Below are positions 8,273-15,709 of a DNA stretch of 28,567 bases, in pieces. The notes below the pieces were generated by a model. It was not told the DNA's origin. It saw nothing but the letters and a program-made list of their open reading frames with translations, and made no database searches. Both the position numbers and the translations under genes were made by a program. Within the stretch, counting starts at the first letter, position 1. Every line of letters begins with the position of its first letter. The stretch covers positions 1 through 28,567 of IMG/VR virus record IMGVR_UViG_3300018073_000020; one strand, written 5' to 3'. Source of the stretch: a virus. Taxonomy: Duplodnaviria > Caudoviricetes.

Positions 8273-8799
8273 GTATCTCCAGTGCCCAGGCGCGCGCCAA
8301 CGTGGCGCGGGGCAAAGAGGCCGAACGCCAAGCCGCCCGGTTCCTGACCGTGGTACTCGGCGCCAAGATCGTCCGGGCGATCCGGACCGGGCACCGCGGC
8401 ACCGCCGACCCGGGGGATCTGGCCAAGCTCGACGGCATGGTGTGTTCGGTGAAGGATTCCGAGCGGGTCTACATCGAGCAGTGGATGTATGAGCTTGATC
8501 AAATGGACGGGCTGGACACCGACGTCCGATTCTTGATCCACAAGTGGCGTCAGCACCCGGTGGTCCGCTGGCACGTCTACGTGCGGGCCGGGATCCTCGT
8601 CCCGCTGTTGACCATTGACCGGCAGGACGAGGGCGCCCGTGCGCTGATCGACTTCTGGGCGGTCAAGATCCTGTGGAAGGACACCGACCCGCTGTTCGAT
8701 CAAGTGTTGCGCACGCCGGTCCGGCTTGATCTCGGCGCGTGGGCCACCATCCTGTTGCACGCCGGATACGGTGATCCGATACCGGAGGAGGCTCTGTAA
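8269..8799 (+). CDS. Holliday junction resolvase-like PD-(D/E)XK nuclease
   Basis: ARGKEAERQAARFL...DPGDL...CSVKD follows the G..ER...GD...(E)xK layout; E of ExK replaced by S. Confidence 0.6.
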   Translation: MSISSAQARANVARGKEAERQAARFLTVVLGAKIVRAIRTGHRGTADPGDLAKLDGMVCSVKDSERVYIEQWMYELDQMDGLDTDVRFLIHKWRQHPVVRWHVYVRAGILVPLLTIDRQDEGARALIDFWAVKILWKDTDPLFDQVLRTPVRLDLGAWATILLHAGYGDPIPEEAL

Positions 8800-8996
8800 T
8801 GGGTGCGGTCGAAGAGATCCACGAACGTGAGCGGATGCTGATCATCCGGCTGGCGCCGCTGATCCTGCGCTACCTGCGCGACAAAGAGGGCGGCGCGGAG
8901 ACCGAACCGCCCGCCGAGCGCGAATGGGGCCAGGTCTCGTTCAAGGTCATGATCAGGTCCGCGCCGGTCACGGTCACCCTCAAGATCGACCCGTGA
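8799..8996 (+). CDS. Hypothetical protein (65 aa)
   Basis: GGAGG RBS; TAATG overlap. Confidence 0.7.
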   Translation: MGAVEEIHERERMLIIRLAPLILRYLRDKEGGAETEPPAEREWGQVSFKVMIRSAPVTVTLKIDP

Positions 8997-9178
8997 TCAT
9001 CCGGCTGCGGGATCTCGTGCCCGCTGGTCACCGCATGTGCTGCCTGTGCTTCGAAGCCATCCCGGTTGATCAACTGTGGGTGGACAACGATGGCATGCAG
9101 TGGGACATGTGCGTGCCGTGCAAGGCGGCCGACGATGAAGCGGTCCGGCTACGTGATCAAGCCACCTGCGTAGAATAG
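8993..9178 (+). CDS. Small Zn-finger protein (61 aa)
   Basis: CCLC...CVPC; GTGA overlap. Confidence 0.65.
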   Translation: MIIRLRDLVPAGHRMCCLCFEAIPVDQLWVDNDGMQWDMCVPCKAADDEAVRLRDQATCVE

Positions 9179-9183
9179 AACGT

Positions 9184-9314
9184 GTCGGGGGTGCTCGCCG
9201 GTCTCGCCTGTTGACGACACCCGGGTCCCGCGGCGTGAGACGCGTGACGTCTCGCCCCCGACCTCATGGCCCCACTGCGGGAAAGACTTAGATCCTCTCG
9301 CCCGCGGTGGGGCC
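9184..9314 (+). ncRNA. Candidate structured small RNA with an anti-RBS loop
   Basis: TAGAAT -10 at 9171-9176; GTCGGGGG/CCCCCGAC stem (9184-9191/9255-9262) enclosing a GAGACG/CGTCTC hairpin; 14-bp stem 9268-9281/9301-9314 whose loop ends in GATCCTCTCG. Confidence 0.55.
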
Positions 9315-9415
9315 GCCTGGCGTTTAGGGCCATTCGGACAACCTCATCGTGACCCACACGTCTTAGCCTGTGTAAACGCCGCGTGTGGCTGCGCGGTCCT
9401 ACGTGAGGTGACCCC

Positions 9416-9970
9416 ATGCATCGCGCCGTCCTGTTCGTGTCCCTGATCGTGGCCGCACTACTGGCCTTGATCGCCACCGCCACCCCGGCCGCTGCGCAGG
9501 TGACCCCGGCCGCGGTAGCGTCGCAGGCTGCGGCCTGCCCGCACGTCAACTGGGGGTCCCTGCCCAAGGTGAGCGGCCTGGCCCGTCCAGACGAGGCGAT
9601 CACCGCCGTGCGGGTGGGTTCGCACCCGTGCTTCGCGCGGCTGGTCGTGCAGACCGATGGCCGGGCGGCCCCGCGGTTCGATATCCGCTATGTCGGCCAG
9701 ATCATCGAGGACGGATCCGGGCGGGTGCTGTTCGTGCCCGGCGCGGCCAAGCTCCAGTTGGTGATCTTTGCCCAAGGCCACAACGCGGCCGGGGATCGCT
9801 CGTTCGTGCTGCCGCGCATCGGCGGTGAAACGATCAAGGGCGCGGTGTTCGCCGGTGACTTCGAAGGCCAGGTGACGTTGGGCCTGGGCCTGCGCGGCCG
9901 TCTGCCGTTCCGGGTGTTCACCCTGACCAACCCGCCGCGGGTGGTGCTCGACGTCGCCCGGCATTGGTAG
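9416..9970 (+). CDS. Secreted AMIN-like domain protein (host-like actinobacterial family)
   Basis: Signal peptide ending AAA-Q; VRVGSHPCFARLVV, EDGSG, GDFEGQVTLGLG, PFRVFTLTNPPRVVLDVA motifs; GAGGTGA RBS. Confidence 0.8.
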   Translation: MHRAVLFVSLIVAALLALIATATPAAAQVTPAAVASQAAACPHVNWGSLPKVSGLARPDEAITAVRVGSHPCFARLVVQTDGRAAPRFDIRYVGQIIEDGSGRVLFVPGAAKLQLVIFAQGHNAAGDRSFVLPRIGGETIKGAVFAGDFEGQVTLGLGLRGRLPFRVFTLTNPPRVVLDVARHW

Positions 9971-10335
9971 CAACCGGTTGGTCGATAGGGGGTGGAAGAT
10001 CGGTTGAGCCGGATGGTCCCCCCGTCGAGTGGCGGCGTCATGAGCGAATCCGACCGGACCGCTACACCACTGACGAGAGGACCGGGGCCGAGCGTAACGA
10101 AACGGGGCCCGGCTGGCTGACCGGACCCCGTCCCCGACTGACACTGCGTTGCGCGACCCCCGACGGTCACACTCCATACCGGTGACCGGATCGCGCGATT
10201 CCCGCTGGACACCGGGGGGCGGCGTCCAGTGGGCCCCATGAAGGTGTTGCACACGCCCCGGAAGGAACGCGGTACCAGGCTAGACAGTGTGGGCGTGTAA
10301 ACGGGCCGAATCTGAGAGGTTGATCTCGGCCGCGC

Positions 10336-10662
10336 TCACACCGTGATCGAGTCGAGCACATGCGCGAGCCACCGCGTATTGAACGCCACCACCACCGACA
10401 CCGACCGGTGCCGCGGATCCGGCAGGGCCACCGTGGCCGACCACACCTTCGGCTCCGGAGGTGGCGACCAATCCTGCGCGGGCGGCCACCACAAGTTGAC
10501 CTCCGCCGTGTAGTGCAGGAACCGGGTGGCGTGATCAAGAGTGGGGAAGTGCGCCCGGATCTGGTGATCACTCAGGCAGCGCGACACCTGTCCGGTCGCC
10601 CCGCTGGCGTCGAGCATCTCCCGGGCCGTCGAGCGGGCCGCGCGCCGCACCGGACGCATCAC
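10336..10662 (-). CDS. Hypothetical protein (108 aa)
   Basis: GTGA overlap with the stop of the PrnB-like gene. Confidence 0.7.
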   Translation of the reverse strand: MMRPVRRAARSTAREMLDASGATGQVSRCLSDHQIRAHFPTLDHATRFLHYTAEVNLWWPPAQDWSPPPEPKVWSATVALPDPRHRSVSVVVAFNTRWLAHVLDSITV

Positions 10663-11744
10663 CGACCCCGCAGCGCCGACACCCGGGCCCGCGCCTGGCG
10701 GGTGTAGTCCAACAGCGGCACGAACTGTGGCGCGGCTTGCATGCCCGAGCCCACGTCACCCGGTCGCAAGCCGAGGGTTTCCATCGCGAACCGTTGGTGC
10801 ACCGCCCGAAAGTCCCGGATCCGGCGGAGCAACCCGTCCAGGCCGTCCAGCACTGCGGGCCACGCGGCCCGACGTCGGCCCGGCGGGCACTGTTCGAGCG
10901 CATCCACCAACGACCGGCGGCCCAACGTGGCCACGATCCGCTCACCCAGGACACACACCGAACGTGGGCATTCCGCACGGAACGCCGCGGAGTAGTCGCG
11001 ATACCCGGCGTCGGTGCGAGCCACCCCGACCCCCCACAGCGCATGATCGAGCCAACTGTTCAAAAACTGTGCCCCGGTGGGCGCCCGGTAGATGCGTTCG
11101 CCGATGGTCAACGGGACCAGCCACGGGATCAACTCTGTGGAGAACACCCCCAGCGGCATCCGGCGGGCCATCAGGGCGGCCGAGGCCACCATCGGATCCC
11201 AGGCGGGCGCCAGTTCCTGCGCGGCCGATGCGGCGGCCCAGTCCGGGCGACGTCCCACCAACCAGTCCGCGATGATCGACAACCGGTGTAGCACGGTGAG
11301 CAGACCCCGACCGCCCGCGCGCAGCGCGTCGATCAACAGCACTTCGGCGTCGAGCCGGGTCAGGGTGCGCAGCCGTGGACCTTCCGGGTTGAACGGCCCG
11401 TAGAGATCATTATCGCTGCGCGGCATCCCCTGCCGCACCCGGCCCAGGTGGATCAACGCGGCTTCCAGTCCGTTGATCTTCTCCCAGGCGCCGGGCACCC
11501 GGCGGGCCAGCACGCACAGCGGCGGATCGACGTCGCGCAACATGGCCATGGCGATCGGCACGTCGGCCCGGTCGCGTCCGACCGCGGACATCACCGGCAC
11601 CGCCCCGCGCAGCACTGTGATCAACTCTTGGGGTGGTCGGATGATCACCGGGGTGGGGTCGGCGTACCAGTTGTCCAACCGCAGCGGATCAAGATCGGTG
11701 GGGTCGGGGGCCAGGGTCGGGGTGAGCAGTAGCGGCCCGGTCAT
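10659..11744 (-). CDS. PrnB/IDO-family heme-dependent tryptophan-type oxygenase (361 aa)
   Basis: Colinear PrnB-like motifs DPL, AMLRDV, GLE..L..L....PR, FNP....RTLT....E, VF..EL.P...P..IG...Y..P, LDHALWG, FRAVH, GSG, LL..T..AR.RV; start 11744 chosen from the ATGA overlap. Confidence 0.8.
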   Translation of the reverse strand: MTGPLLLTPTLAPDPTDLDPLRLDNWYADPTPVIIRPPQELITVLRGAVPVMSAVGRDRADVPIAMAMLRDVDPPLCVLARRVPGAWEKINGLEAALIHLGRVRQGMPRSDNDLYGPFNPEGPRLRTLTRLDAEVLLIDALRAGGRGLLTVLHRLSIIADWLVGRRPDWAAASAAQELAPAWDPMVASAALMARRMPLGVFSTELIPWLVPLTIGERIYRAPTGAQFLNSWLDHALWGVGVARTDAGYRDYSAAFRAECPRSVCVLGERIVATLGRRSLVDALEQCPPGRRRAAWPAVLDGLDGLLRRIRDFRAVHQRFAMETLGLRPGDVGSGMQAAPQFVPLLDYTRQARARVSALRGR

Positions 11745-11995
11745 GCGCGGACCAAACCGGTGGCGATGATCGCCCCAGGCAACAGGTAACAGGTGTCGTG
11801 ACAGGACTCGATGGTCATGGTGGCCCGGCTTCCGTTCGGGCCGATCACGGTCACATAGCCCGGCGTGCGGCACCACTCCTGGGGACTCTCGACGCCGATC
11901 ACCGCGTTGTGCGGGTAGGTCGGCACCCAGTGCCCGCGCATCAGGCGTTCACCGGTGGGCAGGTCGGGCCGGTTGGTGATCAGGTTTCCGGTCAT
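11741..11995 (-). CDS. Hypothetical protein (84 aa)
   Basis: GGAGAGGATC RBS 7 nt upstream; first gene of the leftward operon. Confidence 0.75.
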   Translation of the reverse strand: MTGNLITNRPDLPTGERLMRGHWVPTYPHNAVIGVESPQEWCRTPGYVTVIGPNGSRATMTIESCHDTCYLLPGAIIATGLVRA

Positions 11996-12216
11996 GGGGG
12001 GTGATCCTCTCCAGTTGCTGGCCGCCCCACCCTAACATCGGTGGACGGGCAGTACGCTCTACCCGATCAGGCGTGTAAACGGTCCCGACCAGCCAAACAC
12101 ACCGCGGCCCGGCGTATCAGAAACGTGCGCGGAAACCTCATGTCAAGGGCTCGATCCGTGCGCGGTCAACCGGTAGAGATGCACCGGGGGGTTCGACCCC
12201 TACCGAGGAGAAGATC

Positions 12217-12534
12217 ATGACCGTTCCCGTGCCCGTCGAGCTGTTCTGTGTCGTCTGCTACGGCCTGCCTCCCGCGGAGCAGTCCGACGACGTCAACGCC
12301 GTCACGATCTACCGGGGCGAAAGCCTGTGCGACGTGCACGCGGCGGCCCAACGACTCGTCCAGCCGGACGGGACGCTCGTGGAATGCTCCGTCTGCCTGG
12401 CCATCCCCGACCCCGCGGACCGGCCGGTGACCACCACCGCGTACGTGGTGCGACGCGGCGAAGGTCTGTGCTCCCATCACGCGCTCGAAATCATGGACGT
12501 GCTCGAAGTCGGCGGCGTGTTCGGACAAGCCTGA
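12217..12534 (+). CDS. Tandem Zn-finger protein (105 aa)
   Basis: Two CxxC...GExLCxxH units; GAGGAG RBS. Confidence 0.8.
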   Translation: MTVPVPVELFCVVCYGLPPAEQSDDVNAVTIYRGESLCDVHAAAQRLVQPDGTLVECSVCLAIPDPADRPVTTTAYVVRRGEGLCSHHALEIMDVLEVGGVFGQA

Positions 12535-12554
12535 CCCGCGGGTGGCGCACGGAC

Positions 12555-12585
12555 GGGGGGCCGGGCGGGGGGGTTCCGGCCCCCC
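12555..12585. terminator. GC-rich hairpin between convergent genes
   Basis: GGGGGGCCGG (12555-12564) pairs with CCGGCCCCCC (12576-12585); no U-tract. Confidence 0.55.
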
Positions 12586-12606
12586 TCACCCGACCCCTGG
12601 CGGTGA

Positions 12607-13383
12607 TCACCCGTTGATCGGGTCTGCGTCGATCGCGGTCACCATGTCGTGCAGGTGGCGCGGGCACGTCGGGTTCGGGCACACTGGGCGGGCCACCGCG
12701 ATCCACGAGCGGGCCACCCGCATCGTGTAGCCGCAACCGCCATCGGTACCCGAGCACCATGCCTTGATCTGGCGGGCCCGCTGCGGGGCCGGGCCCACGT
12801 AGCCGCGCTCGATCATCCCGCCACCGACCGGCACCGGGGCACCGGCGGGCACGATCGCGGTGCTGCGCTGCACGTCCAACACGCTGTGCGGGTAGGCGCC
12901 CAGCTCAGCCTCTGCCATCAGCATGAGTTCCATCTCGAACGCCGGGCCGGGCAGCATTTCGGTGGGCTTGCCCTCCAGACCCAGGGCCTCACCGAACGCG
13001 GCGAACACCCGGTCGTGGCCGTGGTCGCAGTCGAACAGCACGTGCAGCATCTCGTGGATCATGATGCCGAGCACGGTGGACGCGTGCGCGACCTCCGGGG
13101 AGATGAACATGTGGTTGACCTTGTCGGCGGACCGCTCGGCGCGCCACGTCTGGCCGACGATGATCTCGTTCTCGCGCTTGGCACCCCAGCCGAAGCCCAC
13201 CGAGATGTGGATCGTTTCGGGCATCGTGTAGACGGCGATCCCGGGCAGCGTCTTGCCGGTGGCCTCCGCGGCCGTGTTGACGATCTCGGCCAGTTCGTCG
13301 AACTTGGGACGGAGCAGCGCGTAGGCGGCCATCAGCCACTGCTCGCGGGTGGCGTACTTAGGGGCGCTGGTCGGGTTGCTCAT
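12607..13383 (-). CDS. SprT-like zinc metalloprotease with C-terminal Zn ribbon
   Basis: TREQWL, FISP, HEMLH (HEXXH), GH...F...GLEG, then C..CGY..R..W...P.C; GGAGG RBS. Confidence 0.8.
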   Translation of the reverse strand: MSNPTSAPKYATREQWLMAAYALLRPKFDELAEIVNTAAEATGKTLPGIAVYTMPETIHISVGFGWGAKRENEIIVGQTWRAERSADKVNHMFISPEVAHASTVLGIMIHEMLHVLFDCDHGHDRVFAAFGEALGLEGKPTEMLPGPAFEMELMLMAEAELGAYPHSVLDVQRSTAIVPAGAPVPVGGGMIERGYVGPAPQRARQIKAWCSGTDGGCGYTMRVARSWIAVARPVCPNPTCPRHLHDMVTAIDADPING

Positions 13384-13422
13384 CGGGTCCTCCGGGTCTC
13401 TGCCTTGCCTGTTGACACCTTG

Positions 13423-13431
13423 AGTCTACCA
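13423..13431 (-). promoter_or_regulatory. Extended -10 promoter element TGGTAGACT
   Basis: 40 nt upstream of ATG 13383; a CGTGTAAACG site lies just upstream (13435-13444). Confidence 0.6.
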
Positions 13432-13550
13432 CGGCGTTTACACGGGCAGGGGTGGAAAGGGTAGACCGATAGGGTGATGCTGACCACCGGGGCGCAAACC
13501 GGGGTGCGTTACCATAGGGTCACCGATGGCTGGTCGGAAACGGAGCGATC

Positions 13551-14156
13551 GTGGGCAACCACGACCATGCCGAGGAAGAGTGGATCAACCACGACCCGGC
13601 GGCCGAGGTGGCGACCCTGGCCGAGATGCGGCGCGAGCGCGAGATCTTGGAACTGCGCATCGGCGGCGCGTCGTATGTCGAGATCGGCGATCACTACGGG
13701 CTGAGCGCCCGCGACGTGAGCCGTATCGTCGATCGCGCGATCAAGTCCGAGGTACCCACCGAACTACGCGATCATGTCCGGGCGCTCACGCTGGCCCGGA
13801 TGGACATCCTGATGAAGCGCAACATGATCAGGTTGGTGAGTCCGACCGTGGGCGCCGAAGAGCAGGAACGCGCCGAAGACCGGGTACTCAAGATCACCGA
13901 TCGGATCATGGACATCACCGGCGCGCGGGCCCCGGTGCAGGTCGACGTGACCAACCATGACGCGCTCGACGAAGAGATCGCGATCTTGGTGCAGGATCTG
14001 ACCCGGGCGGTGCCGCCCCGCCCCGACGTCGCACCTCCGGTCCGCGGTGAGGACAACCGGATCAACCCGGACTTGTCGGCGCGCTCGGGACGTTGGCAGG
14101 GCCGCATGCACCGGACCGATCGCGATCATGGCTACGATGACCCGTCGGTGCCGTGA
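13551..14156 (+). CDS. terS: Terminase small subunit (HTH)
   Basis: ILELRIGGASYVEIGDHYGLS HTH, helical body, directly upstream of and overlapping TerL. Confidence 0.75.
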   Translation: MGNHDHAEEEWINHDPAAEVATLAEMRREREILELRIGGASYVEIGDHYGLSARDVSRIVDRAIKSEVPTELRDHVRALTLARMDILMKRNMIRLVSPTVGAEEQERAEDRVLKITDRIMDITGARAPVQVDVTNHDALDEEIAILVQDLTRAVPPRPDVAPPVRGEDNRINPDLSARSGRWQGRMHRTDRDHGYDDPSVP

Positions 14157-15679
14157 TGGGCAGGGGGCCGCATGTGGTCGACTTTGCGGGCGGCCACGAA
14201 CGCATCGTGCAATCCGAGCGCGGGGCGGGTGCTCCCCCGTGGTCGCACCTGGACGATCGTGGAAAGCTGGCGCTGCGGGCCAGGCTGGAAGCCGAACTAG
14301 AACGCCGGGCCACCCTGTGGCGCTGCGACCGCGTCTACTGCGACGGTGAGCCGCACGGCCCGGTGCACTCGGCCGAAGACGGCTACCCGGTGCGGCACGC
14401 CCGCTGGAACCAACTCCCCCCGCCCGACACCGCCCGGTGGGTGGATGACCGGCGCGGCACCCGACGCCAGGTCAGTCAACCGTGGTTCGAGTGGCTGATC
14501 ATGGCTGGGCGCGGTTGGGGGAAGACCCGCACCGGGGCCGAGTTCGTCAAGTGGCGCAACGATCACATCGGGGCCGGGCACCGCGTCGCGCTGATCGGGC
14601 GGACCGCGGCCGACGTGCGTGACACCATGATCGAGGGTGAATCCGGGCTGTTGCGCTGCTACCGGCGCAGCGAGCGACCCAACTACCTGCCCAGCAAGCG
14701 CCGGGTGGAGTTCGACAACGGTGGTGTCGCGTTCTGCTACTCGTCCGAGGAACCCGATTCGCTGCGCGGCCCGCAGCATCACACCGGGTGGGTGGACGAG
14801 TTGGCCACGTTCTACGCGCTCGATACGGTCATCTCGAACTACCGGCTGGGCATGCGGCTGGGCAACCATCCCCGGTGCGTGATCACCACGACCCCGCAGC
14901 CGCACCCCGAACTCCGCAAGATCATCACCGATCCGAAGACGGTCATGACGACCGGCACCACCTATGACAACCTGGCCAACCTGGCCACGGTGTTCCTGGA
15001 TAACGTGCTGCGCAAGTACGAGGGGACCAGCCTGGCTGATCAGGAACTGTTGGGCCGCTACCTGGATGAGGCCGAGGGCGCACTGTGGTCGCGTAAGTTG
15101 ATCGAGCGCCAACGGGCCACCCCCGATCTGGTCGCCCCCTACGTGCACGAGATGGAGACCGCGGTAGCGATCGACCCGGCGGGCAAGCTCAAGTCGGCCC
15201 GCAAGGGCACCGCCACCGCCGAGACCGGGATCATCGTGGCCGGGCGGCTGGACGATGAGGGGTTCGTGCTCGATGACCTGTCCGGGCATCACACCCCGGC
15301 GGCGTGGGCGCGCATCGCGTTGGGCGCGGCGATCAAGTGGAACGCGGGCTACATCGTGGCCGAGCAGAACAACGGCTGGGACATGGTCGAATCCACCTTG
15401 CGGATGGTCATGGCCGATATGCGCCGGGCCGGGGAACCGCTGCCGCGCGGGATCAAGATCCGGCCGGTGACCGCAAGCAAGGGCAAGCGCACCCGCGCCG
15501 AGCCCATCGCCACCTTGTCAGAGCGTGGCCTGTGGTGGTTCGCCGGGATGTTCGTCGAACTGGAAGATCAGTGCGCCACCTGGGATCCGGGCCAGGACTC
15601 CCCGGACCGACTGGACGCCATGGTGTGGGTGGCCAGCCACCTGTTCCTGCGCCGTCGGGGCCGGGCCGACGTGGCCTGA
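14153..15679 (+). CDS. terL: Terminase large subunit
   Basis: Walker A AGRGWGKT, LRGPQ, Walker B WVDE, TTTP, nuclease AIDPA and DRLDA. Confidence 0.95.
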   Translation: MMGRGPHVVDFAGGHERIVQSERGAGAPPWSHLDDRGKLALRARLEAELERRATLWRCDRVYCDGEPHGPVHSAEDGYPVRHARWNQLPPPDTARWVDDRRGTRRQVSQPWFEWLIMAGRGWGKTRTGAEFVKWRNDHIGAGHRVALIGRTAADVRDTMIEGESGLLRCYRRSERPNYLPSKRRVEFDNGGVAFCYSSEEPDSLRGPQHHTGWVDELATFYALDTVISNYRLGMRLGNHPRCVITTTPQPHPELRKIITDPKTVMTTGTTYDNLANLATVFLDNVLRKYEGTSLADQELLGRYLDEAEGALWSRKLIERQRATPDLVAPYVHEMETAVAIDPAGKLKSARKGTATAETGIIVAGRLDDEGFVLDDLSGHHTPAAWARIALGAAIKWNAGYIVAEQNNGWDMVESTLRMVMADMRRAGEPLPRGIKIRPVTASKGKRTRAEPIATLSERGLWWFAGMFVELEDQCATWDPGQDSPDRLDAMVWVASHLFLRRRGRADVA

Positions 15680-15709
15680 CGCCGCATGGCCCTATCGCCC
15701 GTGTAAACG

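Larger units (their letters stand above)
221..12011. promoter_or_regulatory. Start-associated RBS motif CGAGAGGATC (dispersed)
   Basis: Exact copies at 221, 2120, 3078, 5036, 6642, 8038; variants at 6972 (CGAGAGGATG) and 12011-12003 (minus strand, GAGAGGATC); each lies 3-9 nt before a start codon. Confidence 0.85.

Noticed and set aside
9184-9266. tRNA-like cloverleaf
   Set aside because: Has a terminal stem and a hairpin near the 3' end, but no TTCRA T-loop, D-loop consensus, clear anticodon arm or CCA.
9157-9300. Minus-strand CGAGAGGATC as RBS of a 36-aa ORF from ATG 9267
   Set aside because: 23-nt spacing versus 3-9 nt at all other copies, and the peptide looks non-coding.
10070-10132. 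Hammerhead-like core: CTGACGA (10070), GAAA (10099), good stem III ending in GTC (10132)
   Set aside because: Stem II has only the first G-C pair and the stem I flanks (CACCA vs CCCGA) do not pair, so a cis hammerhead cannot be drawn; an Infernal search would settle it.
11745-11876. 44-aa N-terminal extension of the PrnB-like ORF in the ORF track
   Set aside because: It overlaps the upstream 84-aa gene; the ATGA-coupled start at 11744 gives a PrnB-sized protein.
12141-13417. TTGACA hexamers at 12146-12141 (-) and 13412-13417 (+)
   Set aside because: No TANNNT at 16-18 nt spacing.
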